Shown: positions 29,941 to 38,957, counted from the stretch's first letter. The stretch: DNA of 64,000 nucleotides from an uncultured Actinomycetes bacterium (GCA_963742735.1 CAVUMN010000004.1:896001-960000), one strand, 5' to 3'. The notes: a model not told the origin generated them from the sequence alone. Translations and numbers: made by a program.

Positions 29941-30467
29941 GAGCCCCGGACCGCCTCCAGCGCCCTGCGGGCCTGCTCCAGGTGGAACCGGTCGTGGCCG
30001 GCGATCAGCCGGAACGACAGGTCGTAGGACTCCGGGCCCCGCTCGGCGTGCTGGCCCACTTTGGCCCGCTCCTCGCGGGTCGATCGCGCCCACATGTCGA
30101 GGTTCGCCCTGCGCAGGATGCGGAACCGCTCCATCAGGTCCTGCGGGTCGTAGTCGTTGGCGTGGAGGTTGTCGATCCACAGGTCCTGGTCGTAGCCGAT
30201 GAGCGGTGGTTCGTCGTGAGCCACGATCCACCGGTATCGCCCCGCGTAGACGATCTCGGCGTCGGCCACATGGGCGAAGCACTCCAGGACCGACCATTCC
30301 TTCGCCTCCGGCCGGTCGCGCACGCGGGCCCCCGCGTCGGCGATCAGGAAGGAGAAGGCATCCGCCGTCCCCTGCTGGACCTCGGCCGGGTCGTCGTTCC
30401 CCAGGTAGGCGAGGATGGCTTCCTGGTAGGCCTTGCCCTCGCGGACCGGATCGGGGACGTCGTTCAC
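29937..30467 (-). CDS. DinB family protein
   Basis: WSVLECFAHVADAE, AGHDRFH. Confidence 0.85.
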   Translation of the reverse strand: MNDVPDPVREGKAYQEAILAYLGNDDPAEVQQGTADAFSFLIADAGARVRDRPEAKEWSVLECFAHVADAEIVYAGRYRWIVAHDEPPLIGYDQDLWIDNLHANDYDPQDLMERFRILRRANLDMWARSTREERAKVGQHAERGPESYDLSFRLIAGHDRFHLEQARRALEAVRGS

Positions 30468-30474
30468 GCGCGCA

Positions 30475-30933
30475 TCATGCCAGCCACCGTTCGGGTGCGC
30501 CGGGAGGCGGGACGACCGGGCTTCGCCGCCTGAATCCCTGCAGGGCGTAGCGGTCGCAGGCCGTCTCGGCGCCCGATCGCCGGCCGAGGATCTCCCGCAG
30601 GTACCAGTGGTAGTACTCGTGCAGGTACAGGAACCGGAGCACGTCGCGGCGGTTCCGGAACGGGACCATCGCCACCTCCCACGCGAACCGCAGCCCCTTG
30701 CCCGGGATCCGCCGGGCCCGGTAGGGGACGCGCTCCTCGAACGCGTAGAAGGGCTCCGGGACCTGCAGGGTGATCCGGCGATCCTCGAAGTCGCACATCG
30801 CCACCAGGTGGGGCTTCGTCCGGTAGCGGAGCGGCTTCACGATCAGCCCGTAGCCGTCGGCGACGGGGAGGCCCTCCAGCGCGCGGACGATCCGATCCGG
30901 CTCCCACTCGCTCAGGAACGTCTCCATCCGCAT
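30475..30933 (-). CDS. Hypothetical protein with HExxH zincin-like motif
   Basis: LHEYYHW...ETACDRYA. Confidence 0.65.
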   Translation of the reverse strand: MRMETFLSEWEPDRIVRALEGLPVADGYGLIVKPLRYRTKPHLVAMCDFEDRRITLQVPEPFYAFEERVPYRARRIPGKGLRFAWEVAMVPFRNRRDVLRFLYLHEYYHWYLREILGRRSGAETACDRYALQGFRRRSPVVPPPGAPERWLA

Positions 30934-30993
30934 GTCGCAGATGATGGCAGGGATCGGCGATATGGCCGGAAGGCTGGCCTACCATTGGACGCG

Positions 30994-31803
30994 ATGGAGG
31001 CAGCCTTCTTCGATCTCGACAAGACCGTCATATCCAAGTCCAGCTCGCTGGCCCTGTCCAAGCCGTTCTACCGGGCAGGGTTGGTATCCCGCTCGACCCT
31101 GCTCAAGGGCGCCTACGCCCAGCTCGTCTACCTGCTCGTGGGGGCGGACGAGAAGAAGATGGACAAGGCCAAGGACGGCATGCTCGCGCTCTCGAAAGGG
31201 TGGGACCGGGCCCAGGTCGAGGAGGTCGTCCGCGAGGCCCTGATCTCGGTCGTGGATCCCTACGTCTACCAGGAGGCGCTGGACCTGGTCGCCCTGCACC
31301 AGGCGCTGGGACGGAAGGTGTACATCGTCTCGTCCTCGCCCGAGGAGGTGGTCAGGCCCCTCGCGGAGCATTTGGGTATCCGGGACGTGATCGCCACCCG
31401 GGCCGAGATCGTCGACGGCAAGTACACCGGCAACCTGGAGTTCTATTGCTACGCGGAGAACAAGGCGGTGGCCATCAAGGAGGTCGCGGAGCGGGAGGGG
31501 ATCGTCCTGTCCGACTCCTACGCCTACTCGGACTCGGCCACCGACCTACCGATGCTCGAGGCCGTCGGGCACCCCGTTCCGGTCAATCCGGACAGGGAGC
31601 TGCGCAAGGTGGCCGAGCGCGAGAGTTGGCAGGTTCGAGACTTTCGGCGGCCCGTGCCGCTCAGGAAACGCATCCACGTTCCCCGTCCGACCCCCTCGGT
31701 GGCCGCCGTGGTGGCCGGCGCGGGCCTCGCCGCCGTGGTCGGCTGGGTGTACGTGCGTCCGTGGCTGAACCGGCTCGTCTCGGGCGGCCGGAAGGCCGCC
31801 TGA
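30994..31803 (+). CDS. HAD-IB family hydrolase (Rv3661/SCO3558-like)
   Basis: AAFFDLDKTVISKSS, AYSDSATDLPML, VNPD; C-terminal TM. Confidence 0.92.
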   Translation: MEAAFFDLDKTVISKSSSLALSKPFYRAGLVSRSTLLKGAYAQLVYLLVGADEKKMDKAKDGMLALSKGWDRAQVEEVVREALISVVDPYVYQEALDLVALHQALGRKVYIVSSSPEEVVRPLAEHLGIRDVIATRAEIVDGKYTGNLEFYCYAENKAVAIKEVAEREGIVLSDSYAYSDSATDLPMLEAVGHPVPVNPDRELRKVAERESWQVRDFRRPVPLRKRIHVPRPTPSVAAVVAGAGLAAVVGWVYVRPWLNRLVSGGRKAA

Positions 31804-31857
31804 CCGGCTCGAGCGCCAGACCGTAGGCTTCCTTGCTCAATGCGCGCTCGAAAACCA

Positions 31858-31887
31858 CCCGTATCCACACGAGCCCTTCGGCGCTTT
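31858..31887 (+). promoter_or_regulatory. Candidate ECF autoregulatory promoter CGTATC-N16-CGCTT, immediately before a near-leaderless ATG
   Basis: CCCGTATCC-N15-CGCTT occurs again at 33433-33461. Confidence 0.6.
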
Positions 31888-31892
31888 CATTG

Positions 31893-32441
31893 ATGGCGGG
31901 CGTGGACCCGGTCGGGGAACTCGTGCTCCAGGCTCGTGAAGGGGACGCGGAGGCCTTTGCCGGGCTCTACGACCTGTTTCACGCCCGCCTGTATCGCTAC
32001 TTCGTGGCCAATGTCCGGGATCGGACGGAGGCGGAGGATTTGACGGCAGACGTGTTCGTGGAAGCGGCGCAACGCATCCGGGCGTTCGAGGGGAACGGGC
32101 CGGCCTTCGCGGGCTGGCTCTTCGCCATGGCGCGCAACGACCTGGCCGACATCCGCCGGCGACTTCGCCGGCGCATCGTCGAGCCCATGGCCGAGCCGCC
32201 CGAGCCGCCCATGCAGGAGGACCACGCCGACTCCGTCGCCAGCCGCCTGGATGCCGGCTCGATCCTGTGGGCCGTCCAGCGCCTCACCGACGACCAGCGC
32301 CAGATCGTCACCCTCAAGTTCGCCGGCGGCCTGTCCAACGAGGAGATCTCGGAGGCCACCGGGAAGCCCGTCACGGCGGTGAAGAGCCTGCAGCACCGGG
32401 CCCTGTCCACGCTCAAGCGCCTGCTGGAGGCGGGACCGTGA
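31893..32441 (+). CDS. ECF RNA polymerase sigma factor (BldN/SigD-like)
   Basis: GDAEAFAGLY, AEDLTADVF, FAGWLF, AVKSLQHRAL. Confidence 0.92.
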   Translation: MAGVDPVGELVLQAREGDAEAFAGLYDLFHARLYRYFVANVRDRTEAEDLTADVFVEAAQRIRAFEGNGPAFAGWLFAMARNDLADIRRRLRRRIVEPMAEPPEPPMQEDHADSVASRLDAGSILWAVQRLTDDQRQIVTLKFAGGLSNEEISEATGKPVTAVKSLQHRALSTLKRLLEAGP

Positions 32442-33412
32442 GGCGGCGGAAGATCGATCCGGAGATCCTGGACCGCGCGATCGGTCAGCCGATCGGCGCC
32501 CAGGAGGAGCTCGAGGACCTGCTTCGCGTCTCCCAGGCCCTGTCCGAGGCCTTCGACATCGAGCCCCGCAAGCAGGCCGTCGCCCAGCACCGCGCGGCCG
32601 CCCTCGCCGCGTTCCGTGTCCCGGCCCCCCTCCCCGGCCGGGCCGCGCGCGAGCTGGCCAGCCCGTGGGAGTGGCTCCCGCAGCTGCGCGTGCGGGCCCT
32701 CGCCACCGCGGCCATCGTGATCGGCGTGCTCGGCGCGCTGCTCGCCGGCTCGTACGGCTCGCTTCCGGGCGACACGCTGTACGGCGTGAAGCTCGCCGCC
32801 GAGGAGGTCCGCCTGGCCGCGGCCGTCGACTCTTTCGACAAGGCCGTGGTCCACCTGGACATCGCCGACGCGCGCATCGACGAGGTCGTGAAGGCCCACG
32901 AGGCCGGACGCACCGACGCCATGCGCGAGAGCCTTCGTCGCTACTCCGAGTCGATCATCGCCGTGGAGACCGAGCTCCGGACGGGCGACGTCAGCGACGC
33001 CCAGGCCCGCGAGGTCCTGATCGCCGCCGCGGCCACCCTGGAGGACCAGCAGGGCGTCCTGGAGGAGCTCGCCCCCGAGACGCCGGCGCCGGCCCAGCCG
33101 GACCTCGAGGACGCCCTCGACACGCTCGAGGAGCTCGAGATCCCGCCGCCGCCTCCGGCGGACGACGAGCCGTCGCCCGGTCCCGCCACGCCGACGCCGA
33201 CCGAGTCGGTTTCCCCGACGCCGGCCGAGACCCCGAGCGAGGAGCCGACCCCGACGGAGTCCGAGTCGCCGGCGCCCGAGCCGTCCGAGTCCGTGGCCCC
33301 TCCCGAGGAGTCCGGTGAGGGCGACGCGGCGGGAGATCCCGGAGCGAATGGGTCGCAGTCCGAGGCCGTCACCGAGTCCGGCGCCGGGGCCGAGCAAGCC
33401 CCGCTGGCCTAG
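32438..33412 (+). CDS. Anti-sigma factor, DUF5667/RsbN-like, with Pro/Glu/Ser/Thr-rich tail
   Basis: GTGA overlap with sigma; TM then SLPGDTLYGVKLAAE. Confidence 0.8.
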   Translation: MRRRKIDPEILDRAIGQPIGAQEELEDLLRVSQALSEAFDIEPRKQAVAQHRAAALAAFRVPAPLPGRAARELASPWEWLPQLRVRALATAAIVIGVLGALLAGSYGSLPGDTLYGVKLAAEEVRLAAAVDSFDKAVVHLDIADARIDEVVKAHEAGRTDAMRESLRRYSESIIAVETELRTGDVSDAQAREVLIAAAATLEDQQGVLEELAPETPAPAQPDLEDALDTLEELEIPPPPPADDEPSPGPATPTPTESVSPTPAETPSEEPTPTESESPAPEPSESVAPPEESGEGDAAGDPGANGSQSEAVTESGAGAEQAPLA

Positions 33413-33432
33413 GTCCCGAATCTCCCGCTCCG

Positions 33433-33461
33433 CCCGTATCCGGACCCGGATTTCGTCGCTT
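33433..33461 (+). promoter_or_regulatory. Second copy of the ECF promoter motif (CGTATC-N16-CGCTT)
   Basis: Identical CCCGTATCC and CGCTT boxes with identical spacing to 31858-31886. Confidence 0.6.
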
Positions 33462-33467
33462 CAACCG

Positions 33468-33655
33468 TTGAGCCAGACCGTCCCCAGCTCCCCTGGTGGC
33501 GGAACGGCCCGCAGCACACACAAGGCCAGGGAGCCGCGAGCGGAACGCGTTCCCGGGGTGGCGGTCTACGGGCAATCGCCTTCCCAACTCGCGAATCGCA
33601 CGCGGCTCCCGCGGCTCGTCAGGGCGGGGGGAGCGGGCACCCCCCGCCCTGGCGC
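33468..33655 (+). ncRNA. Candidate structured small RNA (unknown family)
   Basis: Perfect 10-bp closing stem GGGAGCCGCG (33529-38)/CGCGGCTCCC (33601-10) around a long irregular hairpin; 5' hairpin; terminal 12-bp hairpin; no credible ORF. Confidence 0.5.
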
Positions 33656-33659
33656 GTTT
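33620..33659 (+). terminator. GC-rich hairpin, probable intrinsic terminator
   Basis: CAGGGCGGGGGG (33620-31)/CCCCCCGCCCTG (33640-51) followed by a short T run. Confidence 0.6.
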
Positions 33660-33722
33660 CCCGTCCCGATCCCCTCGCCTTCGGGTTGCTCCCCGCCGAA
33701 TTCCCGGGCGTAGAATCGCTCC

Positions 33723-33869
33723 CGAGAGGTCTTCGGACCACTCGCGAAGGGAGCGGTACCCACGCTCGGTCTGCCGCGGGAGGCAGGTTCGAGGACAGAC
33801 CCCCCTCGGGGGGCCGGTCCCCGAACAGGTGCAGCCAAGAGCGCTTTGGTAGCTGCTCCCTTCGTCTTT
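33723..33869 (+). ncRNA. Ms1-like (actinobacterial RNAP-binding) small RNA, compact form
   Basis: TAGAAT -10 at 33711-16; closing stem CGAAGGGAGC (33745-54)/GCTCCCTTCG (33855-64); ACCCACGC and CGCTTTGGTA segments resemble Ms1/scr3559 conserved motifs (recalled, not aligned); downstream of Rv3661-type HAD. Confidence 0.6.
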
Positions 33870-33898
33870 GTCCGCCTCAGCAAGCCGAGGTGCCATGC

Positions 33899-34567
33899 GT
33901 GAGTGACGAGCCGGGAGGGCGCGGTGTGGCGTTGGTCCTGGCGGTCGCGGCCGTCCTGGCCGCCGGGCTTGCGGCGCGCTCGGCACTGCTCTCGTCCTCG
34001 GCGGCCGGGGCCCGTCAGATGGCCGTCCGGACCGAGCTGAAGCTCGGGGCGGCCATGGTCGAGGACGTTCGCTACGTCTACAACACCGAAGGCCCGCGGG
34101 CGTTCCGGATCGCGGCGGCCCGGATCCGGTCCGAGGAGTACCGGCGGCGCGCCGGCGCCTCCCGCGGCGACGTTGCCGCCGCCCTGCGTATCGAGGCGAA
34201 CGCGCAGCGGCTCACCGCCGACGCCCTCGCGCAGTCGGAGGCCGACCTCGACTTTCCGAGCATCGCCGCCGACGACACCTACCTCACTCCCTCCGGCGGC
34301 TACGACCTCGGCCGGCGCCTGACCGACGTCCGCGCGGAGAACCCGGACCTGGTGGTGCTCGACCCCGCCGGCATCCAGGCGGAGGGGGAGCGCAAGGCCG
34401 ACCTCGCGGTGAAGCTGCTCGGCGCGACCGTGCCGGTGGGCTTCGCGTTCATGTTCGGGGCCCTGGCCCAGGCGTACGCGCGCCGGCGGCGGGGGCTCCT
34501 GGTGGGGGCGTGGATCGCACTGGGAGTGGCCGCCGTGATCGCCGTCCTGATCGAGGTGACGGCCTGA
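33899..34567 (+). CDS. Membrane protein (TM - helical loop - 2 TM; DUF4337-like architecture)
   Basis: Hydrophobic N- and C-terminal segments; GAGG RBS. Confidence 0.7.
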   Translation: MSDEPGGRGVALVLAVAAVLAAGLAARSALLSSSAAGARQMAVRTELKLGAAMVEDVRYVYNTEGPRAFRIAAARIRSEEYRRRAGASRGDVAAALRIEANAQRLTADALAQSEADLDFPSIAADDTYLTPSGGYDLGRRLTDVRAENPDLVVLDPAGIQAEGERKADLAVKLLGATVPVGFAFMFGALAQAYARRRRGLLVGAWIALGVAAVIAVLIEVTA

Positions 34568-35244
34568 TGTCCGTGGTCGACATCGAGCTCGCCCACGAGG
34601 TCGACGAGACGCCCTATCCGCGGCGGCTCGCGGCGCTGGTAGGGGTCGTGGCCGTCGTGGCCGCCCTGCTGGGGGTCCTGCAGATGCACGCCAACACCCA
34701 GGAGGGCCGCTCGCAGGCCCGGTCGTCGCGCCTCACCGCCGAGATCGCCCGGGGGCTGGAGGTGCAGGGCCTGGTGTTCGCCTTCCAGGGGCCCACCATC
34801 CAGATCGTCCTGTCCGAGGGCATCGCCGCCAACTCCCGCGCCCTGGCGGCGCTCCAGGCGGGCGAGGGGTCCGCGGTGGCCGGCGCGGCGGCCGAGGTGG
34901 AGGGAGAGGTCATCACCCGCCTCTCGGGGATCATCGACGAGATGTCGGCGCCGCCGGGCGAGGAGAGCGGGCTCGACCCGGTGACCCTGGAGACGTTGCG
35001 GCGCGACCTGGAGGGGCTCTCCGCGCTGGCCGACGAGCAGAACCGGGAGGTCGACCGGGCCGAGCGGTTCGGCCTGATGGGCGACCGCGCCGTGCTCGCC
35101 CTGACGATCGTCGCGCTGGCGGCGGTGCTCCTGGGCCTGGCCGGGGTCGTCGGGGCCGGCCGGGGCGGGAGGATCGTCCTGGTCTCCGCGCTCGTGGCCG
35201 TCCTGGCCTCGATCGGGACCGGCGCCTGGTCGCTGCTCTCCTAG
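34567..35244 (+). CDS. Membrane protein, same architecture as the upstream gene
   Basis: TGATG overlap; TM - helical loop - 2 TM. Confidence 0.72.
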   Translation: MSVVDIELAHEVDETPYPRRLAALVGVVAVVAALLGVLQMHANTQEGRSQARSSRLTAEIARGLEVQGLVFAFQGPTIQIVLSEGIAANSRALAALQAGEGSAVAGAAAEVEGEVITRLSGIIDEMSAPPGEESGLDPVTLETLRRDLEGLSALADEQNREVDRAERFGLMGDRAVLALTIVALAAVLLGLAGVVGAGRGGRIVLVSALVAVLASIGTGAWSLLS

Positions 35245-35254
35245 GCGCGCCGGC

Positions 35255-36460
35255 TCAGCCGCCCACCGCGGTGGCCCCGACGAACTCGAAGTGCATCCCG
35301 TCGGGGACGAGCCAGCGCCCGCCCCAGGTGAACCCCCACCGCTCGAAGATCGCCACCAGGCGCTGGTCCATCGTGGGGACGCGGCCGAAGAGGTTCTGGG
35401 AGACGTTCAGGTCGAGGGCCGCCCCCCAAGCGTGGTGGGAGATGCCGGCGCCGGGGTCGCGGTTCAGGAACCTCGGGCCGTAGCAGCCACCGAAGTCCCC
35501 GGTGTCGATCAGGCGGGCGAGGCCGGCGCGCCGGATCTCCTCCATCGCCCCCCGCAGCTGGGGGAACAGGGCCCGCGCGCACCGGACGTCGCCGAGGATC
35601 GGGACCGCCTCGGTGGCGATGTGCTCGGCCTCCCAGGCCGGGTCGACCCGCAGCCAGCCGTCGGCCGTCGGCCGGGCCGCGAACTCCCCGAAGATCGTCT
35701 TGAACGTGACCGGCGGCAGTACGGCGTCGCCGTGGCGGAAGTACGGGGTCTCCCCGGGCGCGCGCAGCCGAAGGGCCGTCCCGGGCGGCACCAGCGAGCG
35801 GACCGCCGCGGCCAGCCGGTTTCGGGGCGTGCCGGGGACCGGATCCAGGAGGGCGTACCGCGGCCGGGTCACCCCGAGGCGGCCGCCGAGCTCCAGGGAC
35901 GCGAGGACCTCGTGGGCGCCCAGGAACTCGTCGGGGAGGACCCCCGCCACGCGGGCGCTCGTGCCCCCGAACCTGAGGATCCCGCCCTCGCCGAGCCGGC
36001 GGAGCTCCGCCGAGGCGGCGCCGAGGATCACCTCCCCGCGCGACAGCGCCGCCACGAGCGCGCGCTCCGCCGGCGGGACGAACGGCCGGTAAGCGGCGGG
36101 GTCGACCGCGGCGAGCTCCAGGGGGACGGCCAGGCCGCCGGGAGGCCGGTCGACGATCGCTCCCGAGGCGGAGCGGGACTCCGTCAGCCAGGCCGTGCCG
36201 CTCATGACCACGACCGCGTGCCGGATCGAGCCGAGCGCCCGGGCCCGGCTGGCGAACCCGTCGGGCATCCGTCCGGGGGTCCACGCCAGGAACGCGCCCG
36301 GGGCCTCGGCGACGCGAGGCGGGGCCGGGGCGACGGCGATGGGTGCCTCGGGCGCGAGGGGCGGCACGTCCGGACCCTGCACGGCGAGGGTCAGCAGGGC
36401 GCCGGCGACGAAGCCCACCAGGACCGCCAGCCCGCGCGCGACGCGGCCCCGGCGCCTCAC
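35255..36460 (-). CDS. Membrane-anchored M15 family Zn peptidase (D-Ala-D-Ala carboxypeptidase-like)
   Basis: GGCYGPR, SHHAWGAALDLN, WGGRW, DGMHFE; GTG overlaps upstream stop. Confidence 0.85.
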   Translation of the reverse strand: MRRRGRVARGLAVLVGFVAGALLTLAVQGPDVPPLAPEAPIAVAPAPPRVAEAPGAFLAWTPGRMPDGFASRARALGSIRHAVVVMSGTAWLTESRSASGAIVDRPPGGLAVPLELAAVDPAAYRPFVPPAERALVAALSRGEVILGAASAELRRLGEGGILRFGGTSARVAGVLPDEFLGAHEVLASLELGGRLGVTRPRYALLDPVPGTPRNRLAAAVRSLVPPGTALRLRAPGETPYFRHGDAVLPPVTFKTIFGEFAARPTADGWLRVDPAWEAEHIATEAVPILGDVRCARALFPQLRGAMEEIRRAGLARLIDTGDFGGCYGPRFLNRDPGAGISHHAWGAALDLNVSQNLFGRVPTMDQRLVAIFERWGFTWGGRWLVPDGMHFEFVGATAVGG

Positions 36461-38424
36461 AACGGCTCCAGCTTCGCGACCAGGCGCAGGATGGCCTCGA
36501 GGTCCAGCCCGGGCGCCGCCGCCGAGTGGTACACGCCGTCCTCCACCCACTCCAGCTCGTGGCGGGTGGGCGACCACCGGCCCATCGCGCCGCGCACCTC
36601 CTGCTGGATCTGATCGGTCCCCGTCGGCGGCGGCAGGGGCTGGCCGGGCGCCTGATGCAGGCGGAAGCCGTACGCGGAGGCCTCGAACCCGGCGCGGCGG
36701 TAGACGATCGTCACGCCGGCCTCCATCCCGTTGGTGGTCGTGTAGAGGGCGCCGGCGAGGTCCATGCCGTCCACGGGCCCCGAGGGGACCAGCAGGGGGC
36801 CGGCCGAGCGCGCCGCGGCCACGCCGAGCGAGACGCGCTCGACGAGGGTGTCTCCCGGCCCCGCGCGGGTGTTCCACGACGGGGGCGGCTCGAGCCCGAT
36901 CACGGGGATGGACCCGGCGACCAGAAGCAGGTCGGCGCGGGGGAGGTTCGACTCCAGGTACAGGTCCCATCCCTGGGCGTGGACGGCCAGGCGGCGGCCG
37001 GTGCGCGTGCCGGCCGGCTCGTAGAAGGCCACCCCGCCGTTGGGCAGCTCGACCCGCTCGGCGAGCATCCCCACGTTGCCGAACAGCGCCGGGGTGCGGT
37101 GGGTCCTGGTCTCGTGGACCCGCAGCCACGCCAGCCCGCGCGCATAGGACAGCACCGACTCGCGCGTTCCCCGGAACGTCCCGCTCCGGTACGCGTCGAG
37201 GCCCGCGGTGTTCGAGGGCTCGAGCGGTTCGAAGCCGGCCGCCGTCGCCAGGGCCTGGCCGGTGGCGTCGACGAAGCCCCGGTCCCGGGCCGAGGCGGGC
37301 GGCCCCGCGAACCAGGCCTCGGGCTCCTCCGCCGCCCCGGGCTCGTTGAGGACGAACCGCGTGACCTCGGCCTGCAGGACGACGGTCCCCGGGGGCTCGA
37401 GGCCGATGCCGTTGGCGGCGGCCCACGCCTCCCGGTCGGCCCCGCCCGCGGAGGCCACCTGGAATCGCAGCGGCAGCCACGCCTCCCGGTCCAGCCACAC
37501 GTCGACGGGGTCCGAGGGGTACTGGGGGCGCCACGAGCCGGCCTGCTGGAAGAACTCGAACAGGGGAGCGAGCTGCTCCGCCGGGGCGCGCACGCGGAGC
37601 GCGTCGCGGTCCAGGACGACGTCGGGACCCAGGACCGTGACCCGTTCCGATCCGGCCAGGGCGATGACCGGGAGGACGCCATCGGTGGGCATGGGGGCGT
37701 CGGCGTCGAACGGCGCGCGGCCGGTGAACGAGCGCTCGATGTTCGCGACCGGGCCGCAGGTGGGGGCGGCGGCCGCGGGGCAGGCCTGGGGTCCGGTGAG
37801 CGACCACCGGTCGGCCAGGACCCGCAGCGAGTGGTCGTTGCGGCCCGGGAGGGTGGCCGGGTAGCGGGTGAGGTCGTGCAGGTCGATGCGGAACGCCTCG
37901 GGCGCGCGGAACTCGACGTCGGCGCGGAAGCTGCGCTCGGCGACGTCCGGGCGCCAGCCCCGCTCGGTGATGTCGAAGCTCGCGGCGTAGGACGTGACCC
38001 GAGGGGCCGAGGCGAACACCAGGGCGGGGACCTCGGACGCGCCGGCCACCTTCGGCTCGCGGCGCAGGATCAGGCCGCCGGACACGATCGCGGCTCCCGC
38101 GACGGCTCCGGCCAGGGCGGCCACCGCCACCCGGCCCGCGTTGGACCACCGGCCGGAGGCGCGGTGGACCCCGCGGCGGCGGGAGGGCGCGAGGACGCGG
38201 ACCGTCCGGGCCTCGGCGCGGACGCGCTCCATGATCGGGCCGACCAGGTCGGGGACGTGCTCGGCGACCTCGAACCGCACGGCCTGGCGGACCCGGGCCG
38301 CGCGGTCGGCGAAGGCCTGGCAGCGGGGGCACGTGCGGGCGTGCTCGGCGTCGTTCGCCCGCATGGGCCGGACCTCGCCGTCCATCCGCTCCGACAGGGC
38401 CGCCTGGACGTGGTCACACACCAT
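36457..38424 (-). CDS. Zn-binding (ZAS, zf-HC2) anti-sigma factor with large extracytoplasmic region
   Basis: C..LSERMDGE..EHARTCPRC; TM; LolA-like VWLDREAWLPLR segment. Confidence 0.8.
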   Translation of the reverse strand: MVCDHVQAALSERMDGEVRPMRANDAEHARTCPRCQAFADRAARVRQAVRFEVAEHVPDLVGPIMERVRAEARTVRVLAPSRRRGVHRASGRWSNAGRVAVAALAGAVAGAAIVSGGLILRREPKVAGASEVPALVFASAPRVTSYAASFDITERGWRPDVAERSFRADVEFRAPEAFRIDLHDLTRYPATLPGRNDHSLRVLADRWSLTGPQACPAAAAPTCGPVANIERSFTGRAPFDADAPMPTDGVLPVIALAGSERVTVLGPDVVLDRDALRVRAPAEQLAPLFEFFQQAGSWRPQYPSDPVDVWLDREAWLPLRFQVASAGGADREAWAAANGIGLEPPGTVVLQAEVTRFVLNEPGAAEEPEAWFAGPPASARDRGFVDATGQALATAAGFEPLEPSNTAGLDAYRSGTFRGTRESVLSYARGLAWLRVHETRTHRTPALFGNVGMLAERVELPNGGVAFYEPAGTRTGRRLAVHAQGWDLYLESNLPRADLLLVAGSIPVIGLEPPPSWNTRAGPGDTLVERVSLGVAAARSAGPLLVPSGPVDGMDLAGALYTTTNGMEAGVTIVYRRAGFEASAYGFRLHQAPGQPLPPPTGTDQIQQEVRGAMGRWSPTRHELEWVEDGVYHSAAAPGLDLEAILRLVAKLEPL

Positions 38425-38941
38425 CGGCGGCCTCCTCGGACTCGGTGAGCGAGGCGATGAGGGCCTGCCGCGCGCGGTGGACCCGGCTCTTCACGGTGCC
38501 CTCGCGGGTCTGCAGGACGTTCGCGGCGTCGGCGTAGGGGAGCCCGAACACCTCCACGAGCAGGAACGGTTCGCGCAGGCGCGCGGGGAGGGCGTCGAGG
38601 GCCATGGAGATCTCCACGCGGGCCTGATGGTCGGGCGCGGGGACGGGGTCGAAGCGGACCGGCGGGCGCCCCTCGCGGCGGGTCGCGTCGGTCGCGCAGT
38701 TGCGCACGATCCGGAACAGCCACGAGCTGAACTTCGAGTCGCCGCGGAAGCCGGAGAGGAACCGGTACGCGCGGACCAGGGCTTCCTGGGCGATATCGTC
38801 GGCCAGGGAGCGGTCGCGGACCAGGGAGCGGGCGAAGCGCCAGACGTCGGCCTGGTAGGCGCGCACGAGGGCCTCGAACGCGTCGAGGTCGCCCTCCTGC
38901 GCCCTTCGGAGCAGCCCCGGATCCGGCTCCTGCACCCGCAC
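38414..38941 (-). CDS. ECF RNA polymerase sigma factor
   Basis: GDLDAFEALV, FSSWLFRI, GTVKSRVHRAR. Confidence 0.92.
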   Translation of the reverse strand: MRVQEPDPGLLRRAQEGDLDAFEALVRAYQADVWRFARSLVRDRSLADDIAQEALVRAYRFLSGFRGDSKFSSWLFRIVRNCATDATRREGRPPVRFDPVPAPDHQARVEISMALDALPARLREPFLLVEVFGLPYADAANVLQTREGTVKSRVHRARQALIASLTESEEAADGV

Positions 38942-38957
38942 CTCCGACCGGCCGGGG

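Noticed and set aside
33420-33870. tRNA, tmRNA, SRP or RNase P identity for the structured region
   Set aside because: No cloverleaf or T-loop, no SRP GGAA-loop domain and no RNase P consensus were recognised.
33315-33986. ORFs called across the intergenic RNA region
   Set aside because: No RBS, codon bias or motifs; stem structure and promoter motifs explain the region better.
35255-38332. Apparent 1025-aa M15 peptidase ORF
   Set aside because: The N-terminal ~620 aa is an Arg/Pro/Gly-rich shadow frame over the anti-sigma gene; the real start is the GTG at 36460.
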